This document shows, piece after piece, positions 36,981 through 44,133 of a DNA stretch of 64,000 bases. A program made the position numbers and the translations under genes. How positions within the stretch are numbered: the first letter of the stretch is position 1; the number at the start of each line of letters is the position of its first letter. Origin of the DNA: Patescibacteria group bacterium. Its GTDB lineage: Bacteria; Patescibacteriota; Patescibacteriia; Patescibacteriales; UBA12465. The notes beneath the pieces are model-generated. The model saw only the letters and a program-made list of their open reading frames with translations. It was not told the DNA's origin and searched no databases. The DNA lies in assembly GCA_041651195.1 (NCBI GenBank), contig JBAZJR010000003.1, positions 12,662-76,661 on the forward strand, given 5' to 3'.

Positions 36981-37409
36981 ATGACTGAAAAAAAATTATT
37001 TATCATCGAAGACGACGCCAACCTCCTTTATGGGTTGGAATCGCAGTTCAGCGCGGACAGTTTCGAGGTGGAAACATCCGCGGGGGATGAAGACATCGAA
37101 GAAATGATGGATCAGCTGAAAGATTTTAATCCAAGCTATGTGATCTTGGATCTGATCCTGCCGAAAGTGGACGGCTTTGACATAATCAAAAGGATGAAAG
37201 CGGACAGCGAATTGAGCGAAAAGCAGATCTTTATCTTTACCGATGTCAGCGATGAAGATAGCCGCCAACGCAGCTTGGATCTCGGGGCGGATTTCTTATT
37301 TTTGAAGGATGAGTTCGACACTTTTGAATTCGCGGAAAAAGTGAAGAAGATCATCGCTAACCAGGAAAAAGTCGCCGTGGAAGGCGAGGATCGGGATTAC
37401 GAAGAATAA
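36981..37409 (+). CDS. stand-alone response-regulator receiver domain (CheY-like)
   Basis: 142 aa. KLFIIEDDANLL (acidic pocket), YVILDLILPKVDGFDII (phospho-acceptor Asp), IFIFTDVSD, FLFLKDEF. There is no output domain and no histidine kinase in the window. Confidence 0.8.
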   Translation: MTEKKLFIIEDDANLLYGLESQFSADSFEVETSAGDEDIEEMMDQLKDFNPSYVILDLILPKVDGFDIIKRMKADSELSEKQIFIFTDVSDEDSRQRSLDLGADFLFLKDEFDTFEFAEKVKKIIANQEKVAVEGEDRDYEE

Positions 37410-37495
37410 AAAAACAAAGACGCTAAAAAACTATCAGCTAACATAAATAGAAATTTCATAAATAAAAATTTTATTAATTTTTATAAATCAAATTT

Positions 37496-40400
37496 ATGTT
37501 CAGAAAAGCCTTGTTACTGCCGATAGTGGCAGTTTCTGGCGTTCTATTGTTTTTTAGTCTACCCCCCTCCGCTTTAGCTCAAACACCCACGATTCACTCT
37601 GTCGCCACAGGCGGCAGTTGGAGCGACAGTAGCACTTGGGTAGAAGATGCCGTGCCTGGCTCAGATGATATCGTAGAAATTAATGGGACGGTGTACATTA
37701 CGAATGATACGACTATCGCTGGCCTGGTCATTGCCAGCGGTGCTACATTGGAAAGTAATGTCTGGTCAGCGCCCAGACTCACCGTTAATGGCGATGTCGT
37801 TAATAACGGCCTGATCACTGAATTAAGTATCCCTTATCATATTTTCAGTCTCTATCTGACTATTTCCGGCAATATCACGAATAACGGAACTTGGAACAGT
37901 TCTTGGACTGATTTGTCATCGACCCAGAGTCGAATCATTGACGGGGCTAACCCTATCAACAGTCCGGTGACTTTCCTGGATAATTTTGAAATCTTAAACA
38001 ACCCCGTTTTTAATGGCGGGGTTGATTTTAATGGTAAAACGGTCTCCTTTGGTGCCACCAGCACCGGCCTGACCTTAGTTGGAGGAAGCTCTACCCTATC
38101 AGGGACGATCGTTTCTAATTCTAGTAATCAAAGCCTGACGGTGGCCGGCGGATCGTTTACGGGGACTGGATCAGGTTCTATCCCCGGTCCGGCTAGTTTT
38201 GTCATTTCTGGGAGCGCTAGTGTCGGAGGAACAATAGTAGCTAGTACTACTGTTTTCGCCGCCGGCTCACCGGCTTTCCACGGCGATTTTACGTCCGACC
38301 AATTCATTATAGAAGGCGAAGGCGGCAAGGCTATCAATGCCGATACTACTTTTAATGGCCCCTTAATAATCGAGCAGGGCGCGACTTTACAAAGCGCTTA
38401 TTGGGCGGCCCCCCGACTCACTATTAACGGCGATGTTATTAATGACGGAACTATCACAGAAATAAGTATTCCTTACAATGTTTTTAGGCTTTATCTGACT
38501 ATTTCCGGCAATATCACGAATAACGGAACTTGGAACAGTTCCTGGACGGATCTTGCTTCCTCGCAGAGCCGTGTTATAGATGGTTCCGTGCCGATCAACA
38601 GTCCGGTGACTTTCCTGAATGATATGGTGCTACTGAATAGCCCGAATTTTGCCGCTGGCGTGGATTTTAACAGTCATAACATCATACTGGCGACCAGCAG
38701 TACTGGAATAGTTATCAGCGGCGGAGACTCGATATTATCAGGTACGGTTATTTCCGTTTCCGATAGCCAAAGCCTGTCTTTGACCGGAGGTTCGGCTGTC
38801 GGAACGGCATCAGGCCAAATACCGGGGCCTGGCAGTCTTATTATTTCCGGCAGCACCAGTATCAGCGGTATAGTCAGCGCCAGCAGCACGGTGTTTGCTA
38901 CTGGTTCGCCGGTATTCCATGGCGATTTCGTAGCCGACCATTTTATCATGCGCGGTGAAGGTGGCAAGACCATCAATGCCGATACTACTTTTAACGGGCC
39001 GTTAACTATTGAATCCGGTGCGACTTTACAGAGCGCTTATTGGACAGCTCCCCGGCTTTCGGTTACTGGTGATGTGGTTAATGAGGGGACGATAACAGAA
39101 GTAAACATCCCATATCATACTTTTAGCCTTTATTTAACTATTTTTGGCAATATAATCAATAATGGTGCCTGGAGCGCTTCAGAGACTGACGTTGCTTGGC
39201 CGGCCGTACTCGGCGCGACAGGGTATCTATTCAATGTTTCTGCCGATAATGATAATTGGCCGGATCCCGTTACCACGGCCAATACTTATTATGAAATCTC
39301 CGATTTGGTCAGCAGCGCAAGATATTGGCGCATCCGTGCGGATCTAGGTAACGGGTTATACTCGCCTTGGTCAAGCATCAAGCTGATAAACAATTCAGGC
39401 TTCGGCGGGTTTTCTTTCAACGCCAGCGCACCTGCCGGCCGGTCACTTATGGCCACCGCGCCGTTTACGCTGACTTTGCAAGCTAAAGACGTTAATGGGA
39501 ATAACTATAACTATAGCGGAACGATCGCTCTATCAGCCACTAATGGCGCGACGACTACGCCCAGTCAAATCAGTATGACCGGCGGTTATTGGTCTGGCAC
39601 AACTACCGTGGCTGAATTTGGTAACGGGGTTCAGCTAGTCGCAAGCAGTAGTAATGTAACTAGCTACAGCGACGGGATGAATTTTTTGAAGAAGCCGGTG
39701 ATTATCATTCCGGGGATTATTAGTAGTTATTTACATAAAGACGATTATGGTTTCCCGGAAGTTTGGCCAAACCTAGTGCAAATGGCTCTACCGGGAGATG
39801 ATTCATATTTAGACGACTTAAAGATGGATGCGTATGGAGAGCCGCTTTCGCCGTCTTTAATGGTGCCAACGGATATTTTTAGAGAAATCGCTTTTAATGA
39901 TATTTTCCAAGGATTAATTACTGAGCTAACGTCGAGTGGCAGCTATACAGAAAATACCAATCTCTTTGTTTTTCCGTACGACTGGCGCTATAGCATAGAT
40001 TGGATTGCCTCAAGCAGCCCATACGCCTCGTCTACATCGCTTAGAGCTAAGATTGAAGAAATAAAAAACAGCACTGGCGCGGAAAAAGTAGACATTATTT
40101 CCCATAGTATGGGCGGTTTAGTCGCTAAATATTATATTGAGCACGTAAATACAAGTACGGTAGACAAGTTTATTGATGTGGCTACGCCGCATTTAGGAGC
40201 GCCAAAGGCCGCTAAGGCGTTATTATATGGTGATGATTTTGGCTTTACTTTATTTGGCCCAATTGGTATCAATGAAACAAAAATGAAAGAGATTTCTCAG
40301 AATTTTTCATCAGCCTATAACCTTTTGCCCAGCCGAGGTTATTTTGATGCTAGTAGCACGATATATAATGCTTATATAGCAGATTTATATGACTATGATA

Positions 40401-41563
40401 ATAATAGCGTGACCGGCAACTTAGATTATGATGAATCAATTGACTTTCTAAATAATAATAACTTAAATTCCAGCATGGCCAGCTCTAGCGATACTTTGCA
40501 TAACGACTTGGATAACTTTGATCCTGATAATTATGGCGTTAAAGCTTATAATATAATCGGCTGCAATCAGCCGACCATCAGCCGAATTTATATTATTAAC
40601 CATTATGCCTCCAGCAGCTATGAGTATGGTCTGGGTTATGTAAACGGTGATGGTACGGTCCCGCTAAAGAGCGCGCAAGCTCTCAATAATTCACTAGGAA
40701 CTTATTATACGACGAGTACCACACATGCCTTCCTGCCAAGCTTTGACGACAATAAGTGGTTAATATATGATATCCTCAATTCTACCTCTAGCCCTTTTGT
40801 ATTTAATTACACTCAATATCCTGAAATGACTATAGATAGCGGCGATTGTACTCCTTTGGACGGCTGGGAAGTCAGCTACCATAGCCCCATCGCCCTCCAT
40901 ATCTACGATGACCAAGGTCGCCACATCGGCCCGGACGCTAAAGGCAATATCGAAATAAACATACCCGGCGCCGCCTATGACATCATCGGCGACAATAAGT
41001 TTGCCTTTGTGCCCAAAGGCCGCAACTATAAGATAATCGGCCAAGCCACCGGATTAGGCCATTTCAACGCTCGCATCCAGGATATCCAAGCTGGGAAGAC
41101 CATTTCTACCGCCTACTATAACGAAGTGCCCATTAAGTCACTAAAGACTAATATTGAGATTGATTTTGTCAACAAGCAACCTAACTATGAGATGAAAATA
41201 GATCAGAAAGGAGATAGAGTATTTAGGGATAAGGTACGACCAAGTGCCATTCTTAACACCAAAGAGTCAGAAGATAGGATTAAACCAGAAACTAAGGCTA
41301 TAATCAATGACCAGACAATTAAGCTAGTGTCGACTGACGATAACTCTAAAATCCTCAAGACCGAATATAGCTTAGACGCGGGCAAGACCTGGAACCTTTA
41401 CACCAAGCCAATCGACATCTCCGGCATCAAAGGTGAATCAACTATTCAGTACAAATCGACTGATCGGGCGGGGAATGAAGAGATAGTGAACAAACAGAAT
41501 ATCTCAAAATCGACCGGCATCAGTAAGTCCCGCCTGTTTGAGGTGAGCAAGATAAGATTTTGA
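37496..41563 (+). CDS. giant secreted multidomain surface protein: signal peptide, 2.3 x 213-aa beta-helix-like repeats, FN3/Ig-like modules, LCAT/PGAP1-like alpha/beta-hydrolase (lipase/phospholipase) domain, C-terminal beta-sandwich plus Ig-like module
   Basis: 1355 aa. Signal peptide MFRKALLLPIVAVSGVLLFFSLPPSALAQTP. The hydrolase domain spans about 39689-40760, with FPYDWRYS (39977-39988), nucleophile elbow ISHSMGG (Ser codon 40106-40108) and GDGTVPLKSA. The C-terminal motif is KTEYSLDAGKTWNLY…IQYKSTDRAGNEE. Confidence 0.75.
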   Translation: MFRKALLLPIVAVSGVLLFFSLPPSALAQTPTIHSVATGGSWSDSSTWVEDAVPGSDDIVEINGTVYITNDTTIAGLVIASGATLESNVWSAPRLTVNGDVVNNGLITELSIPYHIFSLYLTISGNITNNGTWNSSWTDLSSTQSRIIDGANPINSPVTFLDNFEILNNPVFNGGVDFNGKTVSFGATSTGLTLVGGSSTLSGTIVSNSSNQSLTVAGGSFTGTGSGSIPGPASFVISGSASVGGTIVASTTVFAAGSPAFHGDFTSDQFIIEGEGGKAINADTTFNGPLIIEQGATLQSAYWAAPRLTINGDVINDGTITEISIPYNVFRLYLTISGNITNNGTWNSSWTDLASSQSRVIDGSVPINSPVTFLNDMVLLNSPNFAAGVDFNSHNIILATSSTGIVISGGDSILSGTVISVSDSQSLSLTGGSAVGTASGQIPGPGSLIISGSTSISGIVSASSTVFATGSPVFHGDFVADHFIMRGEGGKTINADTTFNGPLTIESGATLQSAYWTAPRLSVTGDVVNEGTITEVNIPYHTFSLYLTIFGNIINNGAWSASETDVAWPAVLGATGYLFNVSADNDNWPDPVTTANTYYEISDLVSSARYWRIRADLGNGLYSPWSSIKLINNSGFGGFSFNASAPAGRSLMATAPFTLTLQAKDVNGNNYNYSGTIALSATNGATTTPSQISMTGGYWSGTTTVAEFGNGVQLVASSSNVTSYSDGMNFLKKPVIIIPGIISSYLHKDDYGFPEVWPNLVQMALPGDDSYLDDLKMDAYGEPLSPSLMVPTDIFREIAFNDIFQGLITELTSSGSYTENTNLFVFPYDWRYSIDWIASSSPYASSTSLRAKIEEIKNSTGAEKVDIISHSMGGLVAKYYIEHVNTSTVDKFIDVATPHLGAPKAAKALLYGDDFGFTLFGPIGINETKMKEISQNFSSAYNLLPSRGYFDASSTIYNAYIADLYDYDNNSVTGNLDYDESIDFLNNNNLNSSMASSSDTLHNDLDNFDPDNYGVKAYNIIGCNQPTISRIYIINHYASSSYEYGLGYVNGDGTVPLKSAQALNNSLGTYYTTSTTHAFLPSFDDNKWLIYDILNSTSSPFVFNYTQYPEMTIDSGDCTPLDGWEVSYHSPIALHIYDDQGRHIGPDAKGNIEINIPGAAYDIIGDNKFAFVPKGRNYKIIGQATGLGHFNARIQDIQAGKTISTAYYNEVPIKSLKTNIEIDFVNKQPNYEMKIDQKGDRVFRDKVRPSAILNTKESEDRIKPETKAIINDQTIKLVSTDDNSKILKTEYSLDAGKTWNLYTKPIDISGIKGESTIQYKSTDRAGNEEIVNKQNISKSTGISKSRLFEVSKIRF
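37700..39180 (+). repeat. in-frame tandem coding repeat, period 639 bp (213 aa), about 2.3 copies
   Basis: A 50-bp perfect match tatctgactatttccggcaatatcacgaataacggaacttggaacagttc occurs at 37853 and 38492, with a diverged third copy at 39131. Protein units read GATL(E/Q)S..W.APRL(T/S)(V/I).GDV(V/I)N.G.ITE..IPY..F.LYLTI.GNI.NNG.W. Confidence 0.9.
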
Positions 41564-41610
41564 TTAGTATTTTTATTTTAATTAATTATACAATTAATTT
41601 GTTTAATGTT

Positions 41611-41919
41611 ATGAAGAAAATTTTGTCGAGCGGGTCGCTCAAAAATGTTAGTTATATACTGGGGTACTGGTTTATATTTGTGATTACGCCAGCAATAGTG
41701 GCTCGTTTTCTTTGGCTTAAAGACAATAATAGCAGCGTGTCTGGCTGGTTGACATTATATATTGTCTTTATCGCACCGTTTTTGTATTTTATTCCGTATA
41801 ATAATACTAAATCGAATCGTAGATTTTTATTTTTACTGTTTGGTTTGTTAATACCTTATTTATTTATTTATTTATTTATTTATTTTGAATTTAGAAAAAG
41901 TTTTCATCCAGGTTTTTGA
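41611..41919 (+). CDS. small polytopic membrane protein (partner A of the giant protein's C-terminal module)
   Basis: The track ORF starts at a TTG at 41560 that overlaps the giant gene's stop. The ATG at 41611 (MKKILSSGSLKNVSYILGYW…) matches the start of its paralog at 42624. 102 aa, mostly hydrophobic. Confidence 0.6.
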   Translation: MKKILSSGSLKNVSYILGYWFIFVITPAIVARFLWLKDNNSSVSGWLTLYIVFIAPFLYFIPYNNTKSNRRFLFLLFGLLIPYLFIYLFIYFEFRKSFHPGF

Positions 41920-42050
41920 CATAGATTGATTGATAACTTTAGCTCTTAGATGACCAAGGTCGCCACATCGGCCCGGACGCCAAAGGCCATATCGAAATAA
42001 ACATTCCCGGTGCCGCCTATGACATTATTGGTGATAATAAATTTGCCTTT

Positions 42051-42605
42051 GTGCCCAAGGGTCATAATTATAAGATAGTAGGCCAAGCCACCGGCTTAGG
42101 CCATTTCAATGCGCGCATCCAGGATATCCAAAAAGGAATGACCATCTCTACCGCCTACTACAATGCGGTGCCCATTAAATCACTGCAGACTAATATCGAG
42201 ATTGATTTTATCAACAAAAAACCAAATTACGAAATGAAGATTGACCAGAAAGGGGATAAAGTATTTAGAGAGAAGATGCAGCCTAATGCCATGCTTGACG
42301 CGCAAGAGTCAGCGGATAGAGTGAAACCGAAGACCAAGGCAGAATTAGTCAATAATTCTATAAAGTTAACCTCTTCCGACGATAATTCAAAAATCCTTAA
42401 GACCGAATACAGCTTAGACGGAGGGAAGAGTTGGACTCTATATACTAGGCCTATTAGTATCTCTGGTATTTCAGATGCCTCTGCTATTCAGTATAAATCT
42501 ACTGATCGGGCAGGGAATGAGGAGATAATTAAAGAGCAGGATATTATAGCCAATCAAGATGCTAAAAAGCTTAATCTTTCCGATCAAAGAGAAGTTAGAT
42601 TTTAA
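42051..42605 (+). CDS. orphan 5'-truncated paralog of the giant protein's C-terminal module. Homology and open frame begin at 41943/41949; the first canonical start is the GTG at 42051
   Basis: The frame opens after the TAG at 41940-41942. Codons 41949-42050 (DDQGRHIGPDAKGHIEINIPGAAYDIIGDNKFAF) align with the parent gene but contain no ATG, GTG or TTG. The copy ends …YKSTDRAGNEEIIKEQ…REVRF*. Confidence 0.6.
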   Translation: MPKGHNYKIVGQATGLGHFNARIQDIQKGMTISTAYYNAVPIKSLQTNIEIDFINKKPNYEMKIDQKGDKVFREKMQPNAMLDAQESADRVKPKTKAELVNNSIKLTSSDDNSKILKTEYSLDGGKSWTLYTRPISISGISDASAIQYKSTDRAGNEEIIKEQDIIANQDAKKLNLSDQREVRF

Positions 42606-42623
42606 TAATTAATAATTAACTTT

Positions 42624-42899
42624 ATGAAGAAGATTTTAACAAGTGAGCAGTTAAAAAATATTTGGTATATACTTGGTTATTGGTTGGTATTTGTGGTTAT
42701 GCCAATTTTAGTTATGTTTTATCTTTTATTTATTGCGCGTGATAACGGCAATATGTCCGGCTGGATAGCCTTGTATATTATATTTATCGCCCCATTTTTA
42801 TATTGTGTCCCATACTTACTGTCTAAACCAAAATCTAAATTGTTATTTATTTTTTGGGGATTGGTAGTGCCTTATTTATTTATTTATATACATATATAG
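42624..42899 (+). CDS. small polytopic membrane protein (partner B; paralog of 41611..41919)
   Basis: 91 aa. MKKILTSEQLKNIWYILGYWLVFVV…SGWIALYIIFIAPFLYCVPY…VPYLFIYIHI, roughly 55% identical to partner A by eye. Confidence 0.6.
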   Translation: MKKILTSEQLKNIWYILGYWLVFVVMPILVMFYLLFIARDNGNMSGWIALYIIFIAPFLYCVPYLLSKPKSKLLFIFWGLVVPYLFIYIHI

Positions 42900-43024
42900 A
42901 TTTCAGAACTCACTTTGGCATCCCTCATACTTCTCCATATTTATGGTAAAAATAGGCTGACTTTTTGACAACGTTGCAGACTTTTTCTATTAATTTTCTC
43001 CATTTGCACAGGAATCTTTCGGGT

Positions 43025-43053
43025 TTGACTAAACCAATATAAAATACTAATAT
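43025..43053 (+). promoter_or_regulatory. sigma70-type promoter candidate for the second mreB (TTGACT-17 nt-TAATAT)
   Basis: -35 TTGACT at 43025-43030, a 17-nt spacer, and -10 TAATAT at 43048-43053. The ATG is at 43086. Confidence 0.5.
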
Positions 43054-43085
43054 AGATTAGTGTCTTATTTTGTTTATTACTACTT

Positions 43086-44093
43086 ATGTTTATCAAGCGG
43101 ATCGGCATCGATCTGGGCACAACTTATACTTTAATCCATGTCCCGAAACGGGGTATCGTCATCAATGAGCCGAGCGTGGTCGCGGTGTCTCTTGACGACC
43201 ACAAGATCCTGGCGGTCGGGAATGAAGCGAAAGATATGATTGGCCGGACACCGGATACGATCATGGCCGTCCGCCCTTTGAAAGACGGGGTCATCGCTGA
43301 CTATCGGGCGACAGAAGCGATGATCCGTTATTTTATCAATAAGACTCTGGGCGGCATCCGGCTCTTCCGGCCGGAAGTGATGGTGGCGGTACCGGCCGGT
43401 ATCTCGTCTACAGAACGCCGGGCGGTCATCGAAGCGACGATCGCGGCCGGCGCGAAAGCCGCCTATATCATCAAAGAGCCGGTAGCTGCGGCGATTGGCG
43501 CCGATATTCCGATCGGATCATCGACGGGGCATATGGTGATCGATATAGGCGGTGGCACGGCCGAAATGGCGGTTATTTCTTTGGGCGGTATCGTCGCCTC
43601 TACTTCGGTGCGCGTCGGCGGCAATAAATTCGACGCCGCAATCCTAGAATATATCCGCAAGAAATATAATCTGGCCATCGGCGAGCGGACAGCCGAAGAG
43701 ATTAAGGTCAATATCGGCTCGGCTTTGTATATGGAAGATAAGCTGTATATGGAAATCCGCGGGCGGGATATCGTTACCGGCTTGCCGCGCAGCATCACGG
43801 TTTCGAGCGACGATGTGACCGAAGCGATCCAGAACGAACTCGAAGCGATCATCTCGGTCGCCAAGAAAGTCTTGCAGAAGACGCCGCCGGAGCTCGCCGC
43901 CGATATTATGGATAAGGGTATTGTGCTGACGGGCGGCAGCTCATTGCTCAGAAATATCGATCAATTATTATCTCGGACGACCGGCGTATCCGCCTATGTC
44001 GCCGATGACGCGATGCTTTGCGTCGCGAAGGGAACCGGCATCGCTTTGGATAACTTGGATTCCTATAAACGCAGCATCTTGGCGACTAAATAA
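43086..44093 (+). CDS. MreB-like actin homolog (second, stand-alone paralog)
   Basis: 335 aa. IGIDLGTTYTLIHV…VINEPSVVAV…MVIDIGGGTAEMAVISLGG…LTGGSSLLRNID. About 50% identical to the mreBCD-linked copy by eye. Confidence 0.88.
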   Translation: MFIKRIGIDLGTTYTLIHVPKRGIVINEPSVVAVSLDDHKILAVGNEAKDMIGRTPDTIMAVRPLKDGVIADYRATEAMIRYFINKTLGGIRLFRPEVMVAVPAGISSTERRAVIEATIAAGAKAAYIIKEPVAAAIGADIPIGSSTGHMVIDIGGGTAEMAVISLGGIVASTSVRVGGNKFDAAILEYIRKKYNLAIGERTAEEIKVNIGSALYMEDKLYMEIRGRDIVTGLPRSITVSSDDVTEAIQNELEAIISVAKKVLQKTPPELAADIMDKGIVLTGGSSLLRNIDQLLSRTTGVSAYVADDAMLCVAKGTGIALDNLDSYKRSILATK

Positions 44094-44133
44094 TCAGCCG
44101 ACCGTATAGACGATCAGCTGATTTTTTTAAATT

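Larger units (their letters stand above)
40905..42899 (+). repeat. tandem segmental duplication, two diverged units of about 1.0 kb (40905-41919 and 41949-42899). Each unit holds 218 codons of the C-terminal module plus a small membrane-protein gene
   Basis: gatgaccaaggtcgccacatcggcccggacgc appears at 40905 and again at 41949. The translated copies are colinear without gaps over 218 aa, about 74% identical by my count. Confidence 0.9.

Noticed and set aside
40905-42605. The parent and orphan C-terminal copies as a diversity-generating retroelement VR/TR pair
   Set aside because: No reverse transcriptase is in the window. The differences between the copies are not restricted to adenine positions; many are C/T and G/A synonymous changes. 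The repeat is about 650 nt, far longer than typical TR/VR pairs.
42900-43085. The 186-nt spacer after the second cassette as a small RNA or a further cassette remnant
   Set aside because: Only about 30 nt at its 5' end resemble the sequence after partner A (…atttagaaaaagttttcatcc… versus …atttcagaactcactttggcatcc…). The rest shows no stable structure or ORF, and it is better explained as the promoter region of the second mreB.
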